Below, one piece after another: positions 8,413 through 18,420 of a stretch of 64,000 bases of DNA. Under the pieces are notes generated by a model. The model saw nothing but the letters and a program-made list of their open reading frames with translations. It was not told the origin of the DNA and did not search any database. Every line of letters starts with the position of its first letter. The first letter of the stretch is position 1. Position numbers and translations under genes: made by a program. Source of the stretch: an uncultured Gemmatimonadales bacterium (GTDB taxonomy: Bacteria > Gemmatimonadota > Gemmatimonadetes > Gemmatimonadales > GWC2-71-9); NCBI GenBank assembly GCA_963779755.1, contig CAVZZO010000003.1:1216001-1280000 (forward strand), given 5' to 3'.

Positions 8413-9759
8413 TCAGACCGCGATGCTGTACCGTTTGATCTTGTTGATCAGGGTGGCCCGGGAGATCCCCAGCTCCAGGGCGGCCCGGGTACGGTTTCCG
8501 CTGTGGTGCCGCAGCGTCCGCTCGATGTGCTGCCGCTCCAGATCGTCCAGCGACAGCGGGGTATGCCGCCGGTCGCCCGGGCCGGCCCGGGCGCGGAACT
8601 CGCCCGGCAGGTGCTCGACCTGCACCTCGGGCTTCCCCTGCGCCAGGATCAGCGCCCGCTCCAGGACGTTGCGCATCTCGCGCACGTTCCCGGGCCAGGC
8701 ATAGCTGAGCAGGCGCTCCAGCGCCTCGGACGAAATCTGCTCCGGGCCGCCCGGCACCTGGCTCCGCAGATCGGCCATGATCCGGCTGATGAGCTGGAGC
8801 TTGTCCTCGCGCGAGCGGTCGCGCACCGGAGGAAGATGCAGCGGCATGACACTCAGCCGGTAGTACAGGTCCTCACGGAACCGGCCGGCCTCGACTTCCG
8901 CGGCGATGTCCTTGTTGGTGGCGGTAATGAGCCGGACATCCACGCTGATCTCCCGGGTGCCGCCCAGCCGGCGGAAGCTTTTCGTCTCCAGCACCTTCAG
9001 CAGCTTGGGCTGCAGTTCCAGCGCCATGTCGCCGATTTCATCCAGAAAGATGGTGCCGTGATCGGCGATCTCGAAGAGCCCCTGCTTGCGCTCCTTGGCG
9101 TCGGTGAAGGCGCCCTTCTCGTGTCCGAACAGTTCGGAATCGAGGAACGTGGCGCTGAGGCCGCCGGCGTTCACCTCCACGAACGGCGCTTTGGCCCGGG
9201 GGCTCAGATTGTGGATCATCCGGGCCACCCAGCCCTTCCCCGACCCGCTCTCGCCTTCCAGCAGCACCGTGGTGCGTTCGCTCTGGGCCAGCAGGCCAAT
9301 CTGACGCGCAAATTCCTGCATGCCAGGCGAGCGGCCCAGGGATTCCAACCCCTGATCCGGCGCGATATGCGACAGGAGCATCTGGTTCACCCGCCGCAGG
9401 CGGACCTTGTCGGCCACCCGGGCGGTGGCGGCGACCAGATGCCCCATGTCGACCGGCTTGGTGAGAAAGTTCTCCGCGCCCAGCTGCATCGCGCGCACCG
9501 CGGTCGGCACGTCGCCGCCGCCCGTCAGCAGGATGACCGCCGCGCCCTGCTCCCGCAGCCGTTCCAGGACTTCCATCCCGTTCATCCCCGGCAGATGCAG
9601 ATCGAGGATGACGACGTCGGGCCGCTGCCGCTCGTAGCTGCCGAGACCGGCCTCGCCGCTCAGCTCGCGGTGGACCTCATAGCCCACCTGCTCGAAGTAG
9701 TTACCGATCGAGCGGAGCACCTCGACATCGTCGTCAATCAAGAGGACCGAATCCGCCAT
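8413..9759 (-). CDS. NtrC-family sigma-54-dependent response regulator
   Basis: REC domain, GESGSGK Walker A, ELFGHEKGAFTDA, FLDEIG, WPGNVRE and Fis-type HTH. Confidence 0.95.
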   Translation of the reverse strand: MADSVLLIDDDVEVLRSIGNYFEQVGYEVHRELSGEAGLGSYERQRPDVVILDLHLPGMNGMEVLERLREQGAAVILLTGGGDVPTAVRAMQLGAENFLTKPVDMGHLVAATARVADKVRLRRVNQMLLSHIAPDQGLESLGRSPGMQEFARQIGLLAQSERTTVLLEGESGSGKGWVARMIHNLSPRAKAPFVEVNAGGLSATFLDSELFGHEKGAFTDAKERKQGLFEIADHGTIFLDEIGDMALELQPKLLKVLETKSFRRLGGTREISVDVRLITATNKDIAAEVEAGRFREDLYYRLSVMPLHLPPVRDRSREDKLQLISRIMADLRSQVPGGPEQISSEALERLLSYAWPGNVREMRNVLERALILAQGKPEVQVEHLPGEFRARAGPGDRRHTPLSLDDLERQHIERTLRHHSGNRTRAALELGISRATLINKIKRYSIAV

Positions 9760-9910
9760 CCTGGAGCCTCCCGGTGCCGCCGGGCGGGGCAGCGATGAAA
9801 TCCCCGGTGCCCCGGGGGAGTAACATGAATGGTGCGCTGCGGTGCGCCTGTACGCGTGGTGGATCGAAGCAGCCCGACCAGAAACTTAACAGTTTCCCCG
9901 GCGCCGTGGG

Positions 9911-10816
9911 TCACCCCCCGGCAGGCACCAGTACCCGGATGGCGCCGGGGACGATCGTGGCGGTAAACGGCGTGGAGCCTCCAGGCTCGCCGTCCAGCTG
10001 CGCCGGCTGGGCCGGGGTCGATTCGACCCGGACCTCCCGGCCGCGGGCGAAACCGACGAAATCCACCTGCGCCTTGGCGGAGGAGGTGGCCCGCAGCAGA
10101 TCCCACACCGCGCGCACCCCTTCGCCCAGGTTGTCGGCCCGCATGACCACCACGTCGAGCAGGCCGTCTTCCGGCGAGATGCCGGGCCCCAGGCGGATGA
10201 GCGGGGGAATCACTTCGCCGCAGTTGGCCACCAGCACCATGGCGGCGTGCGCGTCGTACACCTTTCCATCCACGGTGATGACATAATCCACCGAGCGCAG
10301 GTGGGTGAGCAGCCGGAAGGTGGTAGCGACATACGCGCCCATGCCCCAGCGCCGCTTGTGCTCCGAGGGCGTCTCCGCCATCACCCGCGCATCGTAGCCG
10401 GCGCCGCAGGCCACGGCGAAATAGTGCACCCCGTCCGGCCGCTCCATGGCGCCGAGGTCCAGCCGGCGCGGGCTCGCCCGCAGCAGGGCCGCTGCCGCCC
10501 GCACCGGGTTGGTGGGAATGCGCAGGTTGCCCGCCAGCAGGTTGCCGGTGCCGCCGGGGATGAGCCCCAGCCGCACGTCGGTTCCCACCAGGCTGGCGGC
10601 GGCCTGCATGGTGGTGCCGTCGCCCCCGAAGACCACCACGGTGTCCATGCCGTCGTTTACCCCGTCCAGTGCGATCCGGCGCGCGTCGCCGGGGCCGCAG
10701 GTGGCCACCAGCTCGACCGACCATCCCCCGCCCCGCAGGGTGTCCAGCACCGACTGGACTACGGCGGGCGCCGTGCGGGCGGCCGCGGGGTTGGTGATGA
10801 TGAGGGCGCGCGTCAT
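9911..10816 (-). CDS. Diacylglycerol/lipid kinase family protein (YegS/DagK-like)
   Basis: NPAA, GGDGT, PGGTGN and QLDGE motifs. Confidence 0.92.
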   Translation of the reverse strand: MTRALIITNPAAARTAPAVVQSVLDTLRGGGWSVELVATCGPGDARRIALDGVNDGMDTVVVFGGDGTTMQAAASLVGTDVRLGLIPGGTGNLLAGNLRIPTNPVRAAAALLRASPRRLDLGAMERPDGVHYFAVACGAGYDARVMAETPSEHKRRWGMGAYVATTFRLLTHLRSVDYVITVDGKVYDAHAAMVLVANCGEVIPPLIRLGPGISPEDGLLDVVVMRADNLGEGVRAVWDLLRATSSAKAQVDFVGFARGREVRVESTPAQPAQLDGEPGGSTPFTATIVPGAIRVLVPAGG

Positions 10817-10831
10817 GGGTTCGGGACCCTG

Positions 10832-10911
10832 CCCCGACCCCCTCGACCCTCTCGACCCTCGGTGATGGTCGAGGGGGTCGAGGGGGTCAAGGGGGTCAAG
10901 GGGGTCAAGGT
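10832..10911. repeat. Inverted arrays of a 9-bp tandem repeat (same family as 5150-5220)
   Basis: CTCGACCC(C/T) x3, 6-nt spacer, GGTC(G/A)AGGG x5. Confidence 0.85.
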
Positions 10912-10922
10912 CATCCGGCTCA

Positions 10923-13900
10923 TCAATACTCCTTCTCCCACAATACATCCACGCCGAACTGGTACCGCAGCGACGAGTTGGTGTAGGAAACCGCGCCCGT
11001 GGGACGGCAATCGATGATCGGCTCGAAGCTGGTCTGGAAGCGCCAGATGTGGGTGAAGCGGTACTCCAGGCTGGCGCCCAGGCTGCGGGTGCTCAAATTG
11101 CCCAGGTCGGCCCGGCAGACGCCGGCGTTGATGGTAAAGAACGCCTTGTTCCCCAATTGCCAGCCCGCCGCCACCTGGGTCAGGCCGGTGGCCCCGGAGA
11201 GCGGCGAGCTACCGGTCCGGATCTCGACGAAATCGATGGGGATGCCGACGTCCGACACCAGGGTCCGCTGAATCTCGCTGGAGAGGGCGCTGGAAAGGTA
11301 GGCCAGGCCCGCCTCCAGGGCCGCCACCCGCTGCGCGTTCTGGCCGGTGCCCAGCACCGGCAGTTCGGGCGAGGGCCGGCCGAACATGAGGTAACTGAGG
11401 AGCTCCGTCTCGCTGGGCTGGGGCCGCAGCGTGGTCGTCAGCGTCAGCTTGGGCTGCAGCAGCGTGCCGGTAATCTGCGCGATGACGGGGATGTCTTCCC
11501 CCTCGGATTGCACCGTATGGGTGGCGGAGATATTCAGCTCGGCATTCAGATCAGGGGTGCCGAAGTAGCGCACGGTTCCCCGGTTCACGTCGAAATCCCG
11601 GGTGACAAACCCCACCTTGAGCGTGTAGGTGCCCCGCAGCGCCGTCAGCGTGCCGTCGAAGCGGTAGTTCTCGCCGGTCTTGTTGACGGTGATGGTCCCT
11701 TCCAGCTGGATATTGGCATCGCTGGAGCGCAGCCAGAACTGGTCCTGCACCGACAGGGTCAGGTCCTGGATGTTGAGCGAGTCGAGAAAGAGGCTCTGGA
11801 ACTGCGGCCCCAGCCGCTGGGCCCTGATGAAAGTGGTGTCGATCAGGTCAGCCCCCAGCGGATCGGACAGGTCCACGATCCGCTTGGTCACCAGGTCGGC
11901 GAAGTGCAGCACGCCGCTCTGGGCGGTGACGTTGCCCGTCAGGCTGGCCCCGAACACCGGCCCCGTGATGCCCATGTGCCCGTCCAGCTCCAGCGTCAGG
12001 AAGGTGGGATCGTCGATCGCCAGAAACCGGGTGGCCTGCAGATTGAGGTTGAGCACCGGGTGCGTCAGGTTGGCCAGGCGGATGAACCCGCTCATGGTGA
12101 GAAACCCGGGGCCGCTGGTGGTGCGCAGCCGCTCCACCACGATACTGTCGCCGGTGAAGTGGAACCGGCTGGCCAGATAGCCGTAGCGCACCCCCAGCGC
12201 CGGCACCGTGGCGGCGCCGCGTACCGTTTCCAGGTATCCCGACAGCCTCGGCGCCGCCCAGGCCCCGGTCACTTCGATGTCGGCGGTCATGAGCCCCTCC
12301 ACCCGCCGGAGGTTGGGGGTGAACGCCTCGAGCAACGCCAGGTCCACACTGTCCGCCTGGGCGTGGACATAGAGATCGCCCGCTACCTGGCGCTTCTTCA
12401 CCTGCTGCAGGGCCAGATCCAGGGGCAGCCGCGCCTCCACCCGCAGCACCCGTACCCCCGTCTTCCAGAGCAGCAGGTTGGCATCCAGGAGGTGATCCTG
12501 GTACTGGAAGACGCCCTGCACGAAGGGGGCGTGGAAATCGCCGAAGACGACATCGCCCAGGGTCCCCTCGCCGGTGAACCGGGGCGCCGCGGCGGTGCCG
12601 CTCAGGTCGAGATCGAGCGAGACCTCGCCCCCGACGCCGGTGGTATCGCGCTGCAGCAGCGCGTAGATGTCTTCCAGGTTGATGCCCCGCGCCTCCACCC
12701 GCAGCTGGCCGGCCGCCTGGCGGGGCAGCGACCCGTTCAGCAGCAGGTGCCCCGAGCCGTCGCCGCTCATGAGGGCCAGGCTGTCGAGCGCGATGGCCAG
12801 GCTGTCCACCCGGATGAGCGTGGGCTGCCGCAGGCGCCAGTCGTGTTCCGGCAGCGCCAGGGTGAGCGTATCCAGCGCCAGCACCCAGCCGGTGCCGTCC
12901 TGCTTCCACCAGGTGCCGCCGCCGCTCGCTTGGGCGTAGGGGCCCGCCCCCAGGGAGCCGGCCCAGGCCAGCGAGTCGGCCCACCCGTCCAGATTCGCCC
13001 GCAGGTTGCGGTAGGTGGCGCCGCCCACGGCGAGCGAATCGGAACGGACCGTGGCCTGGAGGCGGGCCCGCTGGCCCCCGTCCCAGACCAGCGTTCCCTC
13101 CAGCGCGGGGGACTGGTACCGCCGCCAGGCGAACTGCTGGACGCCGAGATCGGCCTCCGCATGGAGCGAATCGAGCGAACCGGTGAGCGTCACCCCGGCG
13201 GTAGCGTAGCCGCTCAGCGCCTGGCTCAGGGCGGAGGTGTCGGGCCCCAGCCCGGTGAGCGCGGTGAGCAGCGAGTCGAACGGCGCCAGCGAAACCGACT
13301 GTCCGGTGAGCGTCAGGGTGCCGGTATGCGGACGCACCCATCCCAGCGTGCCGCTGCCCGCCACCCGCCCCGAATCGGCGCCGCCGTCCCAGCTTACCTG
13401 CAACGTGTCCAGCCGCAGCATGCTGTCGTGCACCGCTACCAGGGCGAGGGCGCTGTCCAGCCGGAACTCCCGCACCCAGCTCGAGTCCAGCGCCACCTCC
13501 AGCGAGCCTTCCGGCGCCTGCAGCGTATCCATCACCCCGTCCGCCAGCAGATGCCCGTTGAGTCTGGTCGTCAGGCCCCGGCCGGTGAGCGCGCCCAGGT
13601 CGAGCCGCCGGAAATCCACGGTGACGCTGTCGGCGCCCCAGCGGGGCGGCTCCAGGGTCACCGGCCCCGCCAGGCGGACGCTCCCCAGCTCACCGGTGAG
13701 ATCGGTATTCACCTGGAGCCGGGCCAGGGTGCCGTGCGCCTCGAAGTGCCCGCGCACCTCTCCCTGGGTCTTGAGCCAGGGGAAGGCGGGCCGGATGCCG
13801 GCGAAGGCGAGCGGCGCCAGCTGAACGTCGGCATCCAGCCCCAGCACCTCCCCCCGGGTATCCAGGTGCACGGTGCCGTCGGCTGCGCTCACCGGCAGGC

Positions 13901-15353
13901 TGTCGTCCTGATGCTCGATATGCCCGGTGAAGGTCACGTCCTTCCAGGGTCCGTCGATCACCCCCTGCAGCCGGCCGCGGCCGTGCAGCACCACGGCCGG
14001 CGCGAGCCGCCGTACGGTGGCCAGGTCGATGCTGGAGGAGTCCAGCATGAACTGGTGGAAGGCCAGTCCGTCGGGGCCGCCCAGGGTCACCGCGCCCTCG
14101 CCGCGGAGCCGGGTCACCGGTTCGCCCGCCACCCGCGCGTCGGCAAAGTCCCAGTCGAGCGCCACCAGCATGCGGTCAAAGAACCCGTCGGCCTGGAGCG
14201 TGCCGTCTACCCGGCCGTAGAACGGCAGCGTATCCAGGAACCCGCGTACCGCGTCCAGATCGAGCCGGTGCAGAGTGAGATCGAGATCGCGCACCCCCAG
14301 GCCGCGGTGGGCATCGAGGATGGCGGTGAGCGCGCCGTCCAGCGAGCCGGGCCCGCCCTCCAGATGGAGGTTACGCACCACGAAGTCGGTCCGCGTGTTC
14401 GAGACGGAGTTGGCGGTGAGCAGGGCCCGGCCCGTCATCGCGGGAAAGGCGGGCGTCACCCAGCGCACGTCGCGCAGATCCAGCTGGGGAACCTGGAAGG
14501 ACAGGTCGTAGAGCAGGTTGCCCGATGGAAAGTGCACCGTGCCGCCGCCGGCGAACCGGGTGTTGGGCAGGGCGGCATGCAGCGCGCTCACCACCGCGCT
14601 GTCGCCCTGGACCAGCACTCGGCCGGCGAAATCGCGCAGCGCAATGGCCGGGTCGCTCAGGTTGGCGGCAACCGAATCGGCTTCGAAGGTGACCGGCTCG
14701 TGCTGGGGCGAGCTGATCCGCACCAGCGGCAGGCGGGCCGAGAAATCGCTGGCCGTCACCACCTTGCGCAGTCCCTCGGGCGAGGATTCGATCACCCGGC
14801 CGGGCCGCGCGCGGTCGCGCGCCAGCGCCGCGTCCCGCCCCGCCGCGGTGCGCACCGAGTCCGGGGGATGCCAGGGCGTGGCGATCCGCAGCGTGGCCGA
14901 ATCGATCCGCACCTCCCGCAACTCGATGAGCGGGGGCGTGCCGCCCCCCTTGCCCTGCCCCAGCCGGAGGATGTCCTCATAGTTCATCCGGCCTGAGGGA
15001 TGCTTGATGATGTTGAACTCGGGCCGCTCCAGCCGCAGCCGGTGCAGTACGATCCGGCCGGCCACCAGGTTGGGCAGCTGATAACCCACCTCCAGGTGCG
15101 GCACCCGGGCGAAGAGCACGCCGGCGGTGTCCCTCAGGGTCACGTCATCCAGCCGCAACCCGAACAGAAAACTCCCGTGGATGGCGCCGATCTCCAGATC
15201 GCCGTTGAGCACGCCGTCCAGCGCCTGGCTGACTTCCCGCGCCACCAGGCGGCGGCCCGGCGGCGTCAGGATGAGCGCCGCCAGGACGCCCAGGATGGCC
15301 GGAATGGTTCCCAGCAGCAGGACGAGCAGGGCGTGGATCAGGCGCCGGCGCAT
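10923..15353 (-). CDS. tamB: Translocation and assembly module TamB-like protein
   Basis: 1476 aa, N-terminal anchor, beta-rich AsmA-like body, C-terminal LSYLMFG motif; coupled to an Omp85 gene. Confidence 0.85.
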   Translation of the reverse strand: MRRRLIHALLVLLLGTIPAILGVLAALILTPPGRRLVAREVSQALDGVLNGDLEIGAIHGSFLFGLRLDDVTLRDTAGVLFARVPHLEVGYQLPNLVAGRIVLHRLRLERPEFNIIKHPSGRMNYEDILRLGQGKGGGTPPLIELREVRIDSATLRIATPWHPPDSVRTAAGRDAALARDRARPGRVIESSPEGLRKVVTASDFSARLPLVRISSPQHEPVTFEADSVAANLSDPAIALRDFAGRVLVQGDSAVVSALHAALPNTRFAGGGTVHFPSGNLLYDLSFQVPQLDLRDVRWVTPAFPAMTGRALLTANSVSNTRTDFVVRNLHLEGGPGSLDGALTAILDAHRGLGVRDLDLTLHRLDLDAVRGFLDTLPFYGRVDGTLQADGFFDRMLVALDWDFADARVAGEPVTRLRGEGAVTLGGPDGLAFHQFMLDSSSIDLATVRRLAPAVVLHGRGRLQGVIDGPWKDVTFTGHIEHQDDSLPVSAADGTVHLDTRGEVLGLDADVQLAPLAFAGIRPAFPWLKTQGEVRGHFEAHGTLARLQVNTDLTGELGSVRLAGPVTLEPPRWGADSVTVDFRRLDLGALTGRGLTTRLNGHLLADGVMDTLQAPEGSLEVALDSSWVREFRLDSALALVAVHDSMLRLDTLQVSWDGGADSGRVAGSGTLGWVRPHTGTLTLTGQSVSLAPFDSLLTALTGLGPDTSALSQALSGYATAGVTLTGSLDSLHAEADLGVQQFAWRRYQSPALEGTLVWDGGQRARLQATVRSDSLAVGGATYRNLRANLDGWADSLAWAGSLGAGPYAQASGGGTWWKQDGTGWVLALDTLTLALPEHDWRLRQPTLIRVDSLAIALDSLALMSGDGSGHLLLNGSLPRQAAGQLRVEARGINLEDIYALLQRDTTGVGGEVSLDLDLSGTAAAPRFTGEGTLGDVVFGDFHAPFVQGVFQYQDHLLDANLLLWKTGVRVLRVEARLPLDLALQQVKKRQVAGDLYVHAQADSVDLALLEAFTPNLRRVEGLMTADIEVTGAWAAPRLSGYLETVRGAATVPALGVRYGYLASRFHFTGDSIVVERLRTTSGPGFLTMSGFIRLANLTHPVLNLNLQATRFLAIDDPTFLTLELDGHMGITGPVFGASLTGNVTAQSGVLHFADLVTKRIVDLSDPLGADLIDTTFIRAQRLGPQFQSLFLDSLNIQDLTLSVQDQFWLRSSDANIQLEGTITVNKTGENYRFDGTLTALRGTYTLKVGFVTRDFDVNRGTVRYFGTPDLNAELNISATHTVQSEGEDIPVIAQITGTLLQPKLTLTTTLRPQPSETELLSYLMFGRPSPELPVLGTGQNAQRVAALEAGLAYLSSALSSEIQRTLVSDVGIPIDFVEIRTGSSPLSGATGLTQVAAGWQLGNKAFFTINAGVCRADLGNLSTRSLGASLEYRFTHIWRFQTSFEPIIDCRPTGAVSYTNSSLRYQFGVDVLWEKEY

Positions 15354-17473
15354 CAGAAGGGCTGCCCGATGGCGAACTGGAAGGTGAAACGCGACGTCCG
15401 CGCCCGGGAGAAACGGTCGCGGATCAGCGTCAGCTCGCCGGTGGCCGGGTTCGATTCGTAGAGCGCGCCCGGCAGGTCGCGGTAGCCGTTATAGGCGATA
15501 TCCAGCCGGGCCGGCCCCAGGGGCGTCGCGATGCGGAAGCCGAAGCCCGGCGTCACCCGGAGAGCCGCGGGGGCCAGGTCGGTCCTGCCCCGCTCCCACA
15601 GCGTTCCCGCGTCCACGAACAGCGCCAGCCGCAGCCGCGAACTGAACACCGGCGAGGGCACCCGCAGCTCGACATTCCCCACTCCCAGGGTGTTGCCTCC
15701 GGTGGCGGAGAAGCGCACCGCGGCCGTGCCGCTGTCCACCAGGGCCAGCACCGAATCGGGCGGCAGCTCGCTGGTCACGACATAGACGCCGGGCCCCAGC
15801 TCGTTGCGGGGAAACCCGCGCACGTCGTTGGGGCCCCCGGCGTAGAACCGCTGGTCGGGCGGCACGAAGTTCACCGACTGGGAGGTGAACGCCACCGGCG
15901 GCGCGAAGATCAGGCCGCCGCGCAGGCGCCAGCTCAGCACCACGTCGCGCGAGAGCTCCCGGTACCAGGCCACGTCCGCGACCACTTTTACAAACTGTTC
16001 CAGCGAGGAGGAACCCAGGAACTTCGAGCTGATCGTGGCCTCGGTGGAGGCGCGGTAGCCGCGGGACGGGTCCAGCGGATTGTTGGTGCGCGGCAGGCTG
16101 GCCGACGCGGTCAGCGTACCCAGGAACCGGGACTGCCGCAGCTGGCTGATATCCCCGGCCGTGCAGGCGCTGAAGAAGGCGCAGAAGATGGCGGCGGAGG
16201 CCTCGGTCCGGCCGTAGGAGAGCTTGTAGCCCAGGCTGAAGGGAATCCGCCGGGTGGTTTCCCGGTCCACCGTGAAGCTCCCGCCCACCTCGTTCCGCAG
16301 ATAGATCCGGTACTCGCTGCGGCGCTCGGCGTACACGGTGTAGGTCGCGGTGTTGCGGGGGGAGAGGAACGCCGGCTTCCGCACCGAGGCGGTCACGTTG
16401 TAGTTGAGCAGCCGGGACCCGATCGAATCCGACTTGAGCGCCGGGCAGAACGAGCTGTTCTCCAGCCCCCAGTCCGTGGGCGAGCCTACGCCGAGCTTGG
16501 AAACGCGGCCGGAGAGATCAAGCACCCGGCCGCCGCCCAGGAAGTTGCGCGCCGTCCAGCCCACGCCCCCGCGGAAGCAGTCGGTGGTGCCGTAGCCCGC
16601 GCTGCCGCGCCAGCGGTGCAGCCGGCCGGGCCGGAGATTGATCACCAGCGGCACCGTGCTGTCGCCCGGCTCGAAACGGGCGGAATCGATTCCCACCGCG
16701 ACGAACTGGAACAGCTCGGTCCTGTAGAGCGATCGCTGGCTCTGGTAGAGATCTTCCTGTGAAAACCGCTGGCCCGTCCGGGTGGTGAGCAGCTTTTTCA
16801 CGAAGCTGGTATCTACCGGCGATTCACCGTTCACCCGGATCGGGCCGATGGTGGCCGGCGTCCCCGGATCCACATCGAGCGTCACTCTGGCGGTCCGGCT
16901 GTCGCGATTCACCTCGAAGTTGCGGAACACCCGGGCGGAGGGATAGCCGCGGTCGCGCAGGCGCCGCACCAGGCTGTCGCTCGAGGCGGCCATGGCGAGG
17001 CGGTTGAAGGGATCGCCCACCTGCAGGGGCAGATCCACCAGCAGGTTGCCGCGGCGGGGAACCGAATCCAGCCCGTTGACATCGAACGCCTGCACGATAA
17101 CCGGCGGCCCTTCCTTGATGGTGAACGTGATCTTGATCCCGTCGTCCGACCGCGCCAGCGAGGTGTCCACGGTGGCATCGGGATAGCCGCTCAGCCCGTA
17201 GAGCAGCTTGATGCGCAGCACGTCGCGGCGGAACTGCGTGGGGTCGAACGTCCGCTTCTCACCCAGGCCCGTCCAGCTCACCAGCGGACTGGTGGCGAAC
17301 CAGCTCGAGTTGGTGGTCGCGATGGCGGCGGCGAGTGTGGCGTCGTCGATCGCGTGATTGCCGTTGAAGTCGAGTCCCCGCACCACCATCCCCGGGGATT
17401 GCTGCGCCCATGCCGATGCCGGCAGCACCAGCAGCAGCGCGACCCCCGCGACCAGGCGGCTCAGACGGGGCAT
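15353..17473 (-). CDS. tamA: Omp85-family (TamA/BamA-like) outer membrane protein
   Basis: Signal peptide, POTRA-like repeats, RFYAGG..VRGF, TPLGPARLD and C-terminal IGQPF. Confidence 0.85.
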   Translation of the reverse strand: MPRLSRLVAGVALLLVLPASAWAQQSPGMVVRGLDFNGNHAIDDATLAAAIATTNSSWFATSPLVSWTGLGEKRTFDPTQFRRDVLRIKLLYGLSGYPDATVDTSLARSDDGIKITFTIKEGPPVIVQAFDVNGLDSVPRRGNLLVDLPLQVGDPFNRLAMAASSDSLVRRLRDRGYPSARVFRNFEVNRDSRTARVTLDVDPGTPATIGPIRVNGESPVDTSFVKKLLTTRTGQRFSQEDLYQSQRSLYRTELFQFVAVGIDSARFEPGDSTVPLVINLRPGRLHRWRGSAGYGTTDCFRGGVGWTARNFLGGGRVLDLSGRVSKLGVGSPTDWGLENSSFCPALKSDSIGSRLLNYNVTASVRKPAFLSPRNTATYTVYAERRSEYRIYLRNEVGGSFTVDRETTRRIPFSLGYKLSYGRTEASAAIFCAFFSACTAGDISQLRQSRFLGTLTASASLPRTNNPLDPSRGYRASTEATISSKFLGSSSLEQFVKVVADVAWYRELSRDVVLSWRLRGGLIFAPPVAFTSQSVNFVPPDQRFYAGGPNDVRGFPRNELGPGVYVVTSELPPDSVLALVDSGTAAVRFSATGGNTLGVGNVELRVPSPVFSSRLRLALFVDAGTLWERGRTDLAPAALRVTPGFGFRIATPLGPARLDIAYNGYRDLPGALYESNPATGELTLIRDRFSRARTSRFTFQFAIGQPF

Positions 17474-17884
17474 AGCCTGGAATGGTCGCGCTGCGACATG
17501 TCCTCCCCCAATGCGAAGCCCATCCGCCTGGCGGAGCGCGGAAAGCGCTGGCCGGAAAGCGGACTGACGAATAAGCCTAAGCTCAGTATTTTCGCGATGT
17601 TACGGCGCAGTGTCAACTTCTGTGACGGCGGGCTTTCGGACTGCAGAAGAAGAACCGGAGCCGCGCCGCCACTGTCTGCACCGCCGGGGGAAGTCGGGAT
17701 CGCTCTCTCGGGAGCCGGCGACCCCCGGCTGGGGGTGGCGGCAATTCACGGTCTAATCACGGGCCCCCCTGCATTTTGAAGTCAGCCACTGATCAAGCGG
17801 ATGCAAAGCAGGAATGGCCTGTCCAGGGCTCGGACCGGCCGGGACTTACCTGGCGGGAGGGGAACGCCTCCCCGGAGGGTGGCC

Positions 17885-18397
17885 ATGCGGACATTCCGGC
17901 GATGGGCCGGTTTCGGTATGATCGGCGCAATTCTCCTGCTCGCCGCGACTCCAGCCCTGTCGTCGGGCCAGCAGCCGCGGACCGGGGCGCCGGCGCCCGA
18001 TTTCATCCTGCCCAGCCTCGGCGGTGATACGACCAGGCTTTCCGACTATCACGGCCACCCGGTGGTGCTCAAGTTCTGGGCGACCTGGTGCCCCACCTGC
18101 CGGACGGAGTTGCCCGAGCTGTTGCAGGCCCAGCGGGAGCACGGGGCCGAGGGGCTGGTCGTCATTACCGTGGACAGCGATGACAAGCCCACGCATATCC
18201 GCCATTTCCTCGCCACCATCGACAGCGCCGGCGATCTGCCGGTTCTGGTTGACCGCAACCGGCGGGTGCAGGACCGGTATCGCATTCCCCTGCTGCCGAC
18301 CACCGTCTTCATCGATAGCGCAGGGGTGATCCAGGGCATTCACGCCGGAGCGATTCGCCAGGCGGAACTGGCGGAGGGACTCCGGCGGATTATGTAG
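17885..18397 (+). CDS. TlpA/ResA-family thiol-disulfide oxidoreductase
   Basis: APDF, FWATWCPTC and PTTVFID motifs; signal peptide; GGAGG upstream of ATG 17885. Confidence 0.88.
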   Translation: MRTFRRWAGFGMIGAILLLAATPALSSGQQPRTGAPAPDFILPSLGGDTTRLSDYHGHPVVLKFWATWCPTCRTELPELLQAQREHGAEGLVVITVDSDDKPTHIRHFLATIDSAGDLPVLVDRNRRVQDRYRIPLLPTTVFIDSAGVIQGIHAGAIRQAELAEGLRRIM

Positions 18398-18420
18398 AAC
18401 CACACGCCGGGGGGGGACCC

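Noticed and set aside
9103..9120. GAFTDA instead of GAFTGA suggesting a sigma-54-independent regulator
   Set aside because: GAFTDA is a common natural variant and all other enhancer-binding-protein motifs are intact
11049..14996. 1315-aa plus-strand ORF (likewise 1335-3062, 8182-9798, 47391-49634, 54426-57194)
   Set aside because: Antisense shadows of well-supported genes, expected in high-GC DNA; no recognisable motifs
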